This document shows, in pieces, positions 8,492-16,937 of a DNA stretch of 64,000 bases. Within the stretch, counting starts at the first letter, position 1, and each line of letters starts with the position of its first letter. The notes under the pieces are model-generated. The model had not been told where the DNA came from, searched no databases, and saw only the letters and a list, made by a program, of their open reading frames with translations. The translations under genes were made by a program, and so were the position numbers. This DNA is from Bacilli bacterium. GTDB lineage: Bacteria > Bacillota_I > Bacilli_A > RFN20 > CAG-826. The stretch covers positions 4,932 through 68,931 of the forward strand of contig JAGBLE010000009.1 of NCBI GenBank assembly GCA_017635565.1, in the 5' to 3' direction.

Positions 8492-10429
8492 ATGAAAATT
8501 ATCAAAAGAAGCAAGAAGACTCCTAAAGAATATAAATTTAGTATCGATCATAATCCATACGAAATTCTTTCTTATAACAACACTTCTTTATTTGGCAAGG
8601 CAGTTGTTTTTCCTTTGTTTCATTATGAAGGAGAAAGACAATATTTGGATTTAATTAATCCTTTATTAGAAAAAGGATATCATCTCATCATTGTTAAATT
8701 CCTCGCTAAAGGGGATAGGGTCCTCTTCTTTAATTATTACGCGAATGTATTATCTAAATTATTAAATGAAATGATTCAGCATAAAATCATTAAAAATGAA
8801 TCAATCATTTTCTTTGGCTTCGGTGTTGGTGCTTTATTAGCCTCATACATGCAAAAAAGCAAATTAAAAGGAATTACAAAATTCATTTTAGTGTCTCCTG
8901 TTAATCGATATAAAGATGAATTCATGATTTCTCGAGAAATATCTTCTTTTAAGACCCCAACATATATCTTCTATGGACAAAATGATTCTGTCACTAATAT
9001 TGAGACAAGGTTTGCAATTTTTGAAAGTGGAAAAAATAATCCAAAAGTCAAATTTATCTCATATCCTATTTGTGGTCATTTCCTCTTTTATGAAGGAAAT
9101 CTCAGTTTAAGCGTTGAAGAAAAATACCATAAAGATGATTATGATCTCTTTATTGGAGAAAATCGTCAGAGCTATATTCCAGATGATGCTCGTTATAACG
9201 ATAAATTTTATGAACATGTTTTTAAAATTTTAGAAGATAAACCATTACCAAAAAGAATTGCGTTATTAACCGATGTATTTCCTTTGTTCGTCAATGGTGT
9301 TTCTACAGTAGTTAATTTATTAAAAGAGGAATTAAATAAGCTTGGTTATGAAACTTTTATTGTCGCTTTATGGGATAAAAAAGAACCATATGACAAATTA
9401 CCTATCGATTATATTCCAATAACTGGTTCTCGAGTCCATTTTGTTAAAGGGGCAAAGGAATTACATTTATTGAAGAGTTTTTCTTTCCAAAAGAATGCGA
9501 AGATGTTATCTCTTTTTGGCTTTGATTATTTACATTTACACACTGAATATTCAATGAGTCAAACCGCTTTACTATTAGCGAAATACACCGGTATCAATAT
9601 GGTTTATACATATCACACTTTGTGGAAACTATATTATGAACAAAAATTTGGCAAATTAGCGGGAGATGTTACTTATAAAGCGGCAAAAGATTTATTGTTT
9701 TCTCGAGTTTATAAAGAATGTCCAACAATCATTGTTCCTTCTTTAAAAAGCTATGAAATTTTAAAAGAAGATAGTAGCGCTAAGGATATCAGAATTATCC
9801 CAAGTTCAGTCGATCCAGAAAGATTTAAATTAACTAGGGAAGATTATGAAGAAATCAAACTTTTAAAAGAGAAATATCAACTCAAAGACAAGAAGGTTCT
9901 TGGCTATATTGGTCGAGTTTCAATTGAAAAGAATATCGAAGAAACCCTCAATAATATCGCTGAAATTAAGGATGAAATTCCTAATATTATCTTTATGATT
10001 GTTGGGGCTGGAGATGCGACTAAATTATTAAAGAAAATGGTCAAAAAATTAAAGATTGAAAATGAAGTTATTTTTGTTGGTGAAGTCGAAAATCATAAAC
10101 TTAAATATTATTACTCTTTATTTGATGTTTTTGTCACTGCTTCTAATTTTGAAACACAAGGACTCACTTATTTTGAGGCTGCTAATTGTGGAACGCTCAT
10201 TTTAGCGAAAAAAGATAAAGCGATTGAAGGAGTCTTTGAAGATGGAGTTAATGCATATATTTATGAAGATTTCTATCAGTGGGTTGAAAGAATTGAAAAA
10301 TCATTATTCAAAAATAACAAAAAAATTACTGATGCAGCAAAATTAACAATGAAGCAATTTTACCCAGATAAGTGGGCTAAGAAAATTTCAAATATCTATC
10401 AGGAATTAAATCCTACCAAAAAGAAATAG
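8492..10429 (+). CDS. Fusion protein: N-terminal alpha/beta-hydrolase-fold domain lacking the nucleophile serine, plus C-terminal GT4 (GT-B) glycosyltransferase; possible membrane glycolipid synthase
   Basis: N-terminal half has alpha/beta-hydrolase landmarks (VVFPLFHYEG; elbow FFGFGVGALLA; YGQNDSV; CGHFLF). C-terminal half has a GT4 N-domain (IALLTDVFPLFVNGVSTVVNLL) and an EX7E motif (FETQGLTYFEAANCG). The track ORF begins at GTG 8465; ATG 8492 is preferred because TATAAT lies at 8477-8482. Confidence 0.7.
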   Translation: MKIIKRSKKTPKEYKFSIDHNPYEILSYNNTSLFGKAVVFPLFHYEGERQYLDLINPLLEKGYHLIIVKFLAKGDRVLFFNYYANVLSKLLNEMIQHKIIKNESIIFFGFGVGALLASYMQKSKLKGITKFILVSPVNRYKDEFMISREISSFKTPTYIFYGQNDSVTNIETRFAIFESGKNNPKVKFISYPICGHFLFYEGNLSLSVEEKYHKDDYDLFIGENRQSYIPDDARYNDKFYEHVFKILEDKPLPKRIALLTDVFPLFVNGVSTVVNLLKEELNKLGYETFIVALWDKKEPYDKLPIDYIPITGSRVHFVKGAKELHLLKSFSFQKNAKMLSLFGFDYLHLHTEYSMSQTALLLAKYTGINMVYTYHTLWKLYYEQKFGKLAGDVTYKAAKDLLFSRVYKECPTIIVPSLKSYEILKEDSSAKDIRIIPSSVDPERFKLTREDYEEIKLLKEKYQLKDKKVLGYIGRVSIEKNIEETLNNIAEIKDEIPNIIFMIVGAGDATKLLKKMVKKLKIENEVIFVGEVENHKLKYYYSLFDVFVTASNFETQGLTYFEAANCGTLILAKKDKAIEGVFEDGVNAYIYEDFYQWVERIEKSLFKNNKKITDAAKLTMKQFYPDKWAKKISNIYQELNPTKKK

Positions 10430-10600
10430 ACCTTAATTGGTCTTTTCTTTTCTTTAATATAGGTTAATTATCAAATTAAGTTAGACAAGTCTAACTGAAA
10501 TGATTGATTTTATCTATTAATTTTATATTGAATAGAACCCTTTATTTTCATAAAATAATATCGACGTGTTATTACAATGTAATAAGCAAGGAGGACATTT

Positions 10601-11086
10601 ATGGCACATTTGCAAAGCCAAGCTGTTGAACAAATTACAGAAATTGTAAATCGTTACAAAAACGAAGGAACACCTCTCATGATGATTCTTTCTGACATTC
10701 AAAAGGAATACGGATATATTCCTCTCGAAGTTCAAGAATTAGTTTCTGACTTAACGGGTATTCCAGTGAGTGAGATTTATGGAGTTGTTACTTTCTATTC
10801 ATTCTTCTCATTAACTCCGAAAGGAAAATACGTTATTGGTGTTTGCTTAGGAACAGCATGTTACGTTAAAGGGTCTCAACTTGTTCTTGATAAATTTGAA
10901 GAATTATTACACATCAAACCAGGTGAAACTAGTGAAGATGGATTATTCACATTAGATGCATTACGTTGTGTTGGTGCTTGTGCGATTGCTCCTGCTGTCA
11001 GCATTAACGGAAAAGTTTATCCAATGGTTCAAGTTAGTCAAGTTGAAGGCATTATCAATGATTTTAGAGCAAGGGAGGCTAATTAG
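10601..11086 (+). CDS. hydC: NuoE-like [2Fe-2S] subunit of multimeric [FeFe] hydrogenase (HydC/HndA type)
   Basis: Thioredoxin-like 2Fe-2S pattern VCLGTACYVKGS ... RCVGACAIAPAVSING. Strong AAGGAGG RBS. First gene of a three-gene set. Confidence 0.85.
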   Translation: MAHLQSQAVEQITEIVNRYKNEGTPLMMILSDIQKEYGYIPLEVQELVSDLTGIPVSEIYGVVTFYSFFSLTPKGKYVIGVCLGTACYVKGSQLVLDKFEELLHIKPGETSEDGLFTLDALRCVGACAIAPAVSINGKVYPMVQVSQVEGIINDFRAREAN

Positions 11087-11088
11087 TT

Positions 11089-12993
11089 ATGGTCAAAATT
11101 AAAAGCGAAAAAGAATTAATTCAATCACATGAAAAATTAGCTGCTTGTTTAGAAGAAAAATTCCATTGTGAAGATGGAAAGAGAGCGATTGTTGTCTGTG
11201 GTGGAACTGGTTGCTTAAGTTCTGATAGTGCTGATCTCCTCGCTAGATTACAAACCCTTATTAAAGAAAAAGGACTCGAAGATAAAGTAACCGCTAATAT
11301 CGTTGGATGTTTCGGATTCTGTTCTCAAGGACCTTTCGTCAAAATCTTCCCAGAAGAAACTTTATACACAAAAGTTAAAGTTAGTGATGCCGAAGAAATT
11401 ATTGAAAAAGACATCATTGGTGGAGAAATCGTTGAAAGATTATTATTCGTTGATCCTCAAAGTAAAGCTCGTGTTGCTAAACAACATGAAATTAACTTCT
11501 ATAAATTACAAAAAAGAGATATCGCTTTAAAAGGAAACGCAGAAATTAATCCTGAAGATATTAATGAAGCGATTGGTCAAGGTGCTTTCTTAGCCTTGAA
11601 TCGCGCTCTTCATATGGATCCTCAAGAAGTCATTGATGAAGTTCTCAAAAGCGGACTTCGTGGAAGAGGCGGTGCCGGATTCCCAACTGGAAGAAAATGG
11701 CAATTCGCTCACGATGTTCAAAGCGATGAAAAATATGTCGTTTGTAATGGTGACGAAGGAGATCCAGGAGCGTTCATGGATCGTTCAATTATCGAAGGAA
11801 ACCCAATCAATGTTATTGAAGGTATGATGATTGAAGGATACGCTATCGGAGCACAAAATGGTTATTTCTATATCCGTGCTGAATACCCTGTCGCTGTTAA
11901 TAGATTACGTAAAGCAATTCAAGAATGCGAAGAATTAGGTCTTTTAGGAGATAACATCTTAGGAACTAACTTCTCATTCCATTGCCATATTAGATTAGGT
12001 GCTGGAGCCTTCGTTTGTGGAGAAGAGACCGCTCTTCTTAATTCCATCGAAGGTAAAAGAGGAATGCCTCGTCCACGTCCACCTTTCCCTGCCATTAAAG
12101 GTTTATGGGATAAACCATCTGTTATTAATAACGTTGAAACTCTTGCTAACGTACCATATGTCCTTCTCCACGGCGCTGAAGCCTATGCTGCTATCGGAAC
12201 TGAAAAGAGTAAAGGAACAAAGGTCTTCGCGTTAGGTGGAAAAGTCAATAACGTTGGCTTAGTTGAAGTTCCAATGGGAATTACCTTAAGACAATTAATC
12301 TTCGATATTGGTGGTGGAATTCCAAATGGTAAAAAATTCAAAGCCATTCAAACTGGTGGTCCATCAGGTGGATGCTTAACTGAAAAGGATTTAGACACTC
12401 CAATCGATTACGATAACTTAATTGCCGCCGGCAGTATGATGGGTTCTGGTGGAGCCATTGTTATGGATGAAGACAACTGTATGGTTGACGTCGCTAAATT
12501 CTATATGACATTTATTTGCGATGAATCATGTGGTAAATGTTCACCATGTCGTATCGGCACAAAGAGATGCTTAGAAATCCTCACTAAAATCACTGAAGGA
12601 AAAGGAACAATGAAAGATCTTGAAGAACTCAAGAGTCTTGCTAATGTCATTAAGAGTAACTCCTTGTGTGGATTAGGACAAACAGCCCCTAACCCAATTC
12701 TTTCAACCATGAATGCCTTCTATGATGAATATGTTGCCCATATCGTTGACAAGAAATGTCCTGCTCATGTTTGTAAGAGTTTGATGCAATACAAAATTGT
12801 TCCAGAAAAATGTGTTGGTTGTGGTATGTGTGCACGTAACTGTCCTGCAAGTACCATCTTCAAAACTGATGAAGTTCCTGTTGGTAAACCAGCCACATTG
12901 CCACTTCGTATTCACAGAATTGATCCAACTAACTGTGTCAAATGTGGATTATGTCAATCCAATTGTCGCTTCGGCGCAATTATCAAAGATTAA
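11089..12993 (+). CDS. hydB: NuoF-like flavin/NAD(P)H-binding subunit of multimeric [FeFe] hydrogenase (HydB/HndC type)
   Basis: N-terminal 2Fe-2S domain (VCGGTGCLSS...GCFGFCSQGPF). NuoF core (GLRGRGGAGFPTGRKW, CNGDEGDPGAF, ESCGKCSPCR, SLCGLGQ). C-terminal 2x[4Fe-4S] (CVGCGMCARNCP, CVKCGLCQSNC). Confidence 0.88.
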   Translation: MVKIKSEKELIQSHEKLAACLEEKFHCEDGKRAIVVCGGTGCLSSDSADLLARLQTLIKEKGLEDKVTANIVGCFGFCSQGPFVKIFPEETLYTKVKVSDAEEIIEKDIIGGEIVERLLFVDPQSKARVAKQHEINFYKLQKRDIALKGNAEINPEDINEAIGQGAFLALNRALHMDPQEVIDEVLKSGLRGRGGAGFPTGRKWQFAHDVQSDEKYVVCNGDEGDPGAFMDRSIIEGNPINVIEGMMIEGYAIGAQNGYFYIRAEYPVAVNRLRKAIQECEELGLLGDNILGTNFSFHCHIRLGAGAFVCGEETALLNSIEGKRGMPRPRPPFPAIKGLWDKPSVINNVETLANVPYVLLHGAEAYAAIGTEKSKGTKVFALGGKVNNVGLVEVPMGITLRQLIFDIGGGIPNGKKFKAIQTGGPSGGCLTEKDLDTPIDYDNLIAAGSMMGSGGAIVMDEDNCMVDVAKFYMTFICDESCGKCSPCRIGTKRCLEILTKITEGKGTMKDLEELKSLANVIKSNSLCGLGQTAPNPILSTMNAFYDEYVAHIVDKKCPAHVCKSLMQYKIVPEKCVGCGMCARNCPASTIFKTDEVPVGKPATLPLRIHRIDPTNCVKCGLCQSNCRFGAIIKD

Positions 12994-13007
12994 TGGAGGA
13001 ATGAGTC

Positions 13008-14768
13008 ATGAGTTTAGTTAATATTAAAATCGATGGTCAAGCTTACCAAGTTGAAAGCGGATTAACCATCTTAGAAGCTGCAAAAAAATGTGGTTTCAAT
13101 ATTCCTTCATTATGTGCGTTCAATAACGGTAAATGCTCAAGAGCAAGCTGTAGAGTTTGTCTTGTTGAAGTTAAAGGCGCAAGAGGATTAGTTGCTTCTT
13201 GTGTTTATCCAGTAAACGAAGGAATGGAAATTTCTATTTCTTCTCAAAAAGCAGTTGAAGCGAGAAGAGCAAGTGTTGAACTTATTCTCTCGAATCACCA
13301 CAAAAACTGCTTACAGTGTGAAAAGAATGGCCACTGTGAATTACTTGAAGTCTCTAAACTTGTCGGAGCAAGAGATGGAATGTATCAAGGAGAACAAACT
13401 CCTGCAACGATCGACACTTTAGCCCCAGGATTAATTAGAGATACTTCAAAATGTATCTTATGTGGAAGATGTATCGAAAGATGTAAAGAAGCTCAAGGCA
13501 TTTCCATTTTAGGATTTGAAAATCGTGGATTTAAAACCATTGTTTCTCCTGTTGGAAATAGAAGCTTCGCTACTTCACCATGTATTCAATGTGGACAATG
13601 TGTTAATGTCTGTCCAACTGGAGCGTTAATGGAACATTCTGAAATTGATGTTGTTGACGCTGCTATCAAATCTGGAAAGAAAGTTATCGTTCAAACCGCT
13701 CCTGCTGTTAGAGCCGCTATCGCTGAAGAATTCGGTGAAAAGATTGGTACTCCAGGAACAGGAAAAATGGTCGCTGCTCTCCATAGACTTGGATTCTATC
13801 GTGTCTTTGACACCAATTTCGCTGCTGACTTAACCATCATGGAAGAAGCAAACGAATTACTTGAAAGAATCAAAAATAAGGGAGTTCTTCCACAAATCAC
13901 ATCTTGTTCACCAGGGTGGATCAATTATTTAGAATATTATTATCCAGAAGTCATCCCACATGTCTCAACATGTAAATCACCACATATGATGATGGGTGCA
14001 ATTATCAAATCATACTTTGCTAAAGTCCATGAAATTGATCCAAAAGATATCTTTGTTGTTTCAATCATGCCTTGTGTCGCTAAGAAATATGAACGTCAAA
14101 GAAAAGAAATGCCTAACGATGTCGACGCTGTTCTTACTACAAGAGAACTCGCTAAGATGATTAAACGTAGTGGTATTAATTGGAATCGACTTCCTGAAGA
14201 ACAATTCGATCAAGATTTACTTGGCGAATATAGTGGTGCTGGAGTTATCTTCGGTGTAACTGGTGGAGTTATGGAAGCGGCCTTAAGAACTGCGTATTTC
14301 TGGCTCACTGGTAAAGAACACGAAAAGATTGATTTCGACGCTGTTCGTGGTCAAGAAGGTGTTAAAGAAGCAGCGGTTGATATTAATGGAACAACCATTA
14401 AAGTTGCAGTCTGTTCTGGTATGAGAAACGCTAAAGCTTTACTTGAAGAAGTAAAAGCTGGTAAATCTCCATATGCCTTTATTGAAATTATGGGCTGCCC
14501 AGGTGGATGTATCAATGGCGGTGGTCAACCATATGTCAAACCACTTTTCTTACCTAACGAAGATGATGATATTTTAGAAACATATCGCGCTAAACGTGCA
14601 AGTGTCTTATATAGTGAAGATGCTAAACAAGTTGTTAGACAATCTCATAATAATAAAGACATTCAAAAATTATATAAGGATTATCTTGGAAAACCAGGAA
14701 GCGAACTTGCTGAAGAATTGTTACATACAACTTATGACGCAAATCGTGAAAAATTCCCAGTTAAATAA
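13008..14768 (+). CDS. hydA: [FeFe] hydrogenase catalytic subunit, M3-type domain layout
   Basis: N-terminal plant-type 2Fe-2S. His-ligated cluster motif HHKNCLQCEKNGHC. Two ferredoxin motifs (CILCGRCIERC, CIQCGQCVNVCP). H-cluster motifs TSCSPGW (variant of TSCCPxW), MPCVAKKYE and EIMGCPGGCINGGGQP. Confidence 0.9.
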   Translation: MSLVNIKIDGQAYQVESGLTILEAAKKCGFNIPSLCAFNNGKCSRASCRVCLVEVKGARGLVASCVYPVNEGMEISISSQKAVEARRASVELILSNHHKNCLQCEKNGHCELLEVSKLVGARDGMYQGEQTPATIDTLAPGLIRDTSKCILCGRCIERCKEAQGISILGFENRGFKTIVSPVGNRSFATSPCIQCGQCVNVCPTGALMEHSEIDVVDAAIKSGKKVIVQTAPAVRAAIAEEFGEKIGTPGTGKMVAALHRLGFYRVFDTNFAADLTIMEEANELLERIKNKGVLPQITSCSPGWINYLEYYYPEVIPHVSTCKSPHMMMGAIIKSYFAKVHEIDPKDIFVVSIMPCVAKKYERQRKEMPNDVDAVLTTRELAKMIKRSGINWNRLPEEQFDQDLLGEYSGAGVIFGVTGGVMEAALRTAYFWLTGKEHEKIDFDAVRGQEGVKEAAVDINGTTIKVAVCSGMRNAKALLEEVKAGKSPYAFIEIMGCPGGCINGGGQPYVKPLFLPNEDDDILETYRAKRASVLYSEDAKQVVRQSHNNKDIQKLYKDYLGKPGSELAEELLHTTYDANREKFPVK

Positions 14769-14785
14769 TCTTCAAACAAAATAAA

Positions 14786-14812
14786 GAACTCGTTATTAAA
14801 ACGAGTTTTTTT
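14786..14812 (+). terminator. Rho-independent terminator after hydA
   Basis: GAACTCGTT-ATTAA-AACGAGTT followed by a T-run. Confidence 0.85.
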
Positions 14813-14868
14813 ATTTATAATGAGTATCTAAATAATAACTTATGCTATAATTCATATGGTATAAAAAT

Positions 14869-16206
14869 ATGGAAATTAAAATCTATAACTCATTAACTAA
14901 TAAGATTGAAAACTTTGTTCCGATTAAAGAAGGCGAAGTTTCAATGTATGTCTGTGGTCCAACAGTCTATAACTATCCTCATATCGGAAATATGCGACCT
15001 GTTGTTGTTTTCGATGTCTTAAGAAAATTCTTGTCTTATGTTGGATATAAAGTCACCTATGTTAGTAATTTTACAGACGTTGATGACAAAATCATTAAAG
15101 AAGCTAAAAAAGAAAATAAATCAGAAAAAGAATTAACTGAATTTTATATTCAAGAATTCAAAAAGGCGACGACTGCGATTGGAAGCGATATCCCAAGCAT
15201 TACTCCTAAAGTTACTGAATACATTCAAAAGATCATCGAATATGTCGATAATTTAGTTAAATTAGGCGCTGCTTATGAAATTAATGGAGATGTCTATTTC
15301 AGAGTTAACAAGATAAAAGATTATGGAAGTTTAAGTGGAATTAATATTGATGATTTAATAGTTGGAGCAAGAATCGAAGAAAATTCACAAAAAGAGTCTC
15401 CTCTTGATTTTGCTCTTTGGAAAAAGACATCAGAAGGAATTAATTGGCCTTCTCCTTGGGGAAATGGCCGTCCTGGCTGGCACACTGAATGCTGTGTCAT
15501 GATTGATACAATTTTCCCTAACCATTATATTGATATTCATGGTGGAGGGTATGATTTAAAATTCCCTCATCACGAAAATGAAATCGCTCAAAGTGAAGCC
15601 ACTCATGGAAATAAAATTGCTAAATATTGGATGCATAACGCTTTCATTAATTTTGGTAATGAAAAAATGTCCAAGAGTTTAGGCAATGTAATTTATGCGA
15701 AAGATATGATTGAAAAATATGGTGGAGCAGTTACTAGATTAGTTATTTTAAGTGCTCATTATCGTCAACCTGTTAACTTCACTGATGAAACAGTTAATGC
15801 TGCAATTCAAGAAGTTAATAAGATGAAAATGGTCACCAAACAATTAGCGTTAAAGCTTCAAACTGGACCAGTTAATTTAGATAATGGTAAGCCAACCTAC
15901 ATGGATGATTTTTTAAACGCTTTAGCAGATGACTTAAATACCGCTAACGCTCTCACTGAGATTTATAACTTAATTAAGCTTGCTAATCAAGAGATCAGAA
16001 CTAGAGAAATCAATTATGAAAAAGTGAATGATATCTTTAAATCTTTGCTCGATATGTTTAGTGTTCTTGGTTTAGATATTCCATATAAGAAAATGAATGA
16101 TGACGACAAAAAATTATATCAAAACTTCATTAATTCCAAAGAAAATAAAGATTTTGAAAAGTCCGACGAGTTACGACAATTGCTTATTGATCGAGGCATA
16201 ATGTAA
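14869..16206 (+). CDS. cysS: Cysteine--tRNA ligase
   Basis: Class I motifs: YVCGPTVYNYPHIGN (HIGH) and KMSKSLGN (KMSKS); also GWHTECC. Confidence 0.96.
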   Translation: MEIKIYNSLTNKIENFVPIKEGEVSMYVCGPTVYNYPHIGNMRPVVVFDVLRKFLSYVGYKVTYVSNFTDVDDKIIKEAKKENKSEKELTEFYIQEFKKATTAIGSDIPSITPKVTEYIQKIIEYVDNLVKLGAAYEINGDVYFRVNKIKDYGSLSGINIDDLIVGARIEENSQKESPLDFALWKKTSEGINWPSPWGNGRPGWHTECCVMIDTIFPNHYIDIHGGGYDLKFPHHENEIAQSEATHGNKIAKYWMHNAFINFGNEKMSKSLGNVIYAKDMIEKYGGAVTRLVILSAHYRQPVNFTDETVNAAIQEVNKMKMVTKQLALKLQTGPVNLDNGKPTYMDDFLNALADDLNTANALTEIYNLIKLANQEIRTREINYEKVNDIFKSLLDMFSVLGLDIPYKKMNDDDKKLYQNFINSKENKDFEKSDELRQLLIDRGIM

Positions 16207-16937
16207 TGAAAAACGGGAATAAAAGTGAAACACAAAATATTATTTTCGGGAGAAATCCAGTAAAGGAGGCTTTAAGAGCAAATCGCGTAAGTAAAGTATT
16301 TGTTTCGGGTGCTTTTTCTGATAAAGAAATTAACTTACTATTTGAAGAAAAAAAGCCCTATATTAAAGTGGTTTCTTCTGGTGAACTCGACTCCAAATCA
16401 AGCGGAGGAATCCATCAAGGAATCGTTGCTGAAATTAAGCCATACGAATACTCTGATTTTGATGAAATACTTCGCCGAAGCCGCAAGGTAGAAATACCTA
16501 TTATTGTTATCCTTGATGGAATTAATGATACACATAATTTAGGTGCTATTTTACGTAGTTGTGATGTATTTAATGTTACTGGAGTTCTAATTCCAAAGCA
16601 TAATCAGGTTCCACTTAACGCGACAGTTGCTAAATCTAGTGCTGGGGCAATAAATTATGTACCTGTTGCTCAAATAGGCAGCATTAATCAAACGATACAA
16701 AGACTTAAAGATAATGGCTTTTGGATTGTCTCAACGGATGGCTCAGCAACAATTGATTACTCCAAATTAACTTACGACTTTCCTGTTGCGCTTGTGATAG
16801 GAAGCGAAGGCAAAGGAGTTTCTCAACTAGTAATTAAGAACTCTGATTACGTTGTAAAAATTCCACAATACGGACACGTTAATTCTCTCAATGCGTCTGT
16901 TGCAGCGGGAATTTTGCTTTCCAGGATCCGTAGTTAA
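16206..16937 (+). CDS. rlmB: SpoU/TrmH-family 23S rRNA 2'-O-methyltransferase (RlmB/YacO type)
   Basis: GRNPVKEAL N-terminal substrate-binding domain. SpoU motifs DGINDTHNLGAILRS, LVIGSEGKGVS and SLNASVAAGILL. TAATG overlap with cysS. cysS-rlmB synteny as in Bacillus. Confidence 0.85.
   Translation: MKNGNKSETQNIIFGRNPVKEALRANRVSKVFVSGAFSDKEINLLFEEKKPYIKVVSSGELDSKSSGGIHQGIVAEIKPYEYSDFDEILRRSRKVEIPIIVILDGINDTHNLGAILRSCDVFNVTGVLIPKHNQVPLNATVAKSSAGAINYVPVAQIGSINQTIQRLKDNGFWIVSTDGSATIDYSKLTYDFPVALVIGSEGKGVSQLVIKNSDYVVKIPQYGHVNSLNASVAAGILLSRIRS

Noticed and set aside
10569-10585. Interpretation of the hydC-proximal palindrome as a Rex box
   Set aside because: The sequence TTATTACA-A-TGTAATAA differs in spacing and core from the Rex consensus (TTGTGAA-N4-TTCACAA). 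It is kept only as a generic operator candidate in the findings.
14769-14868. Possible T-box leader upstream of cysS
   Set aside because: Only ~55 nt remain between the hydA terminator and the cysS start. That is far too short for a T-box (~200+ nt), and no T-box sequence (AGGGTGGNACCGCG-like) is present.
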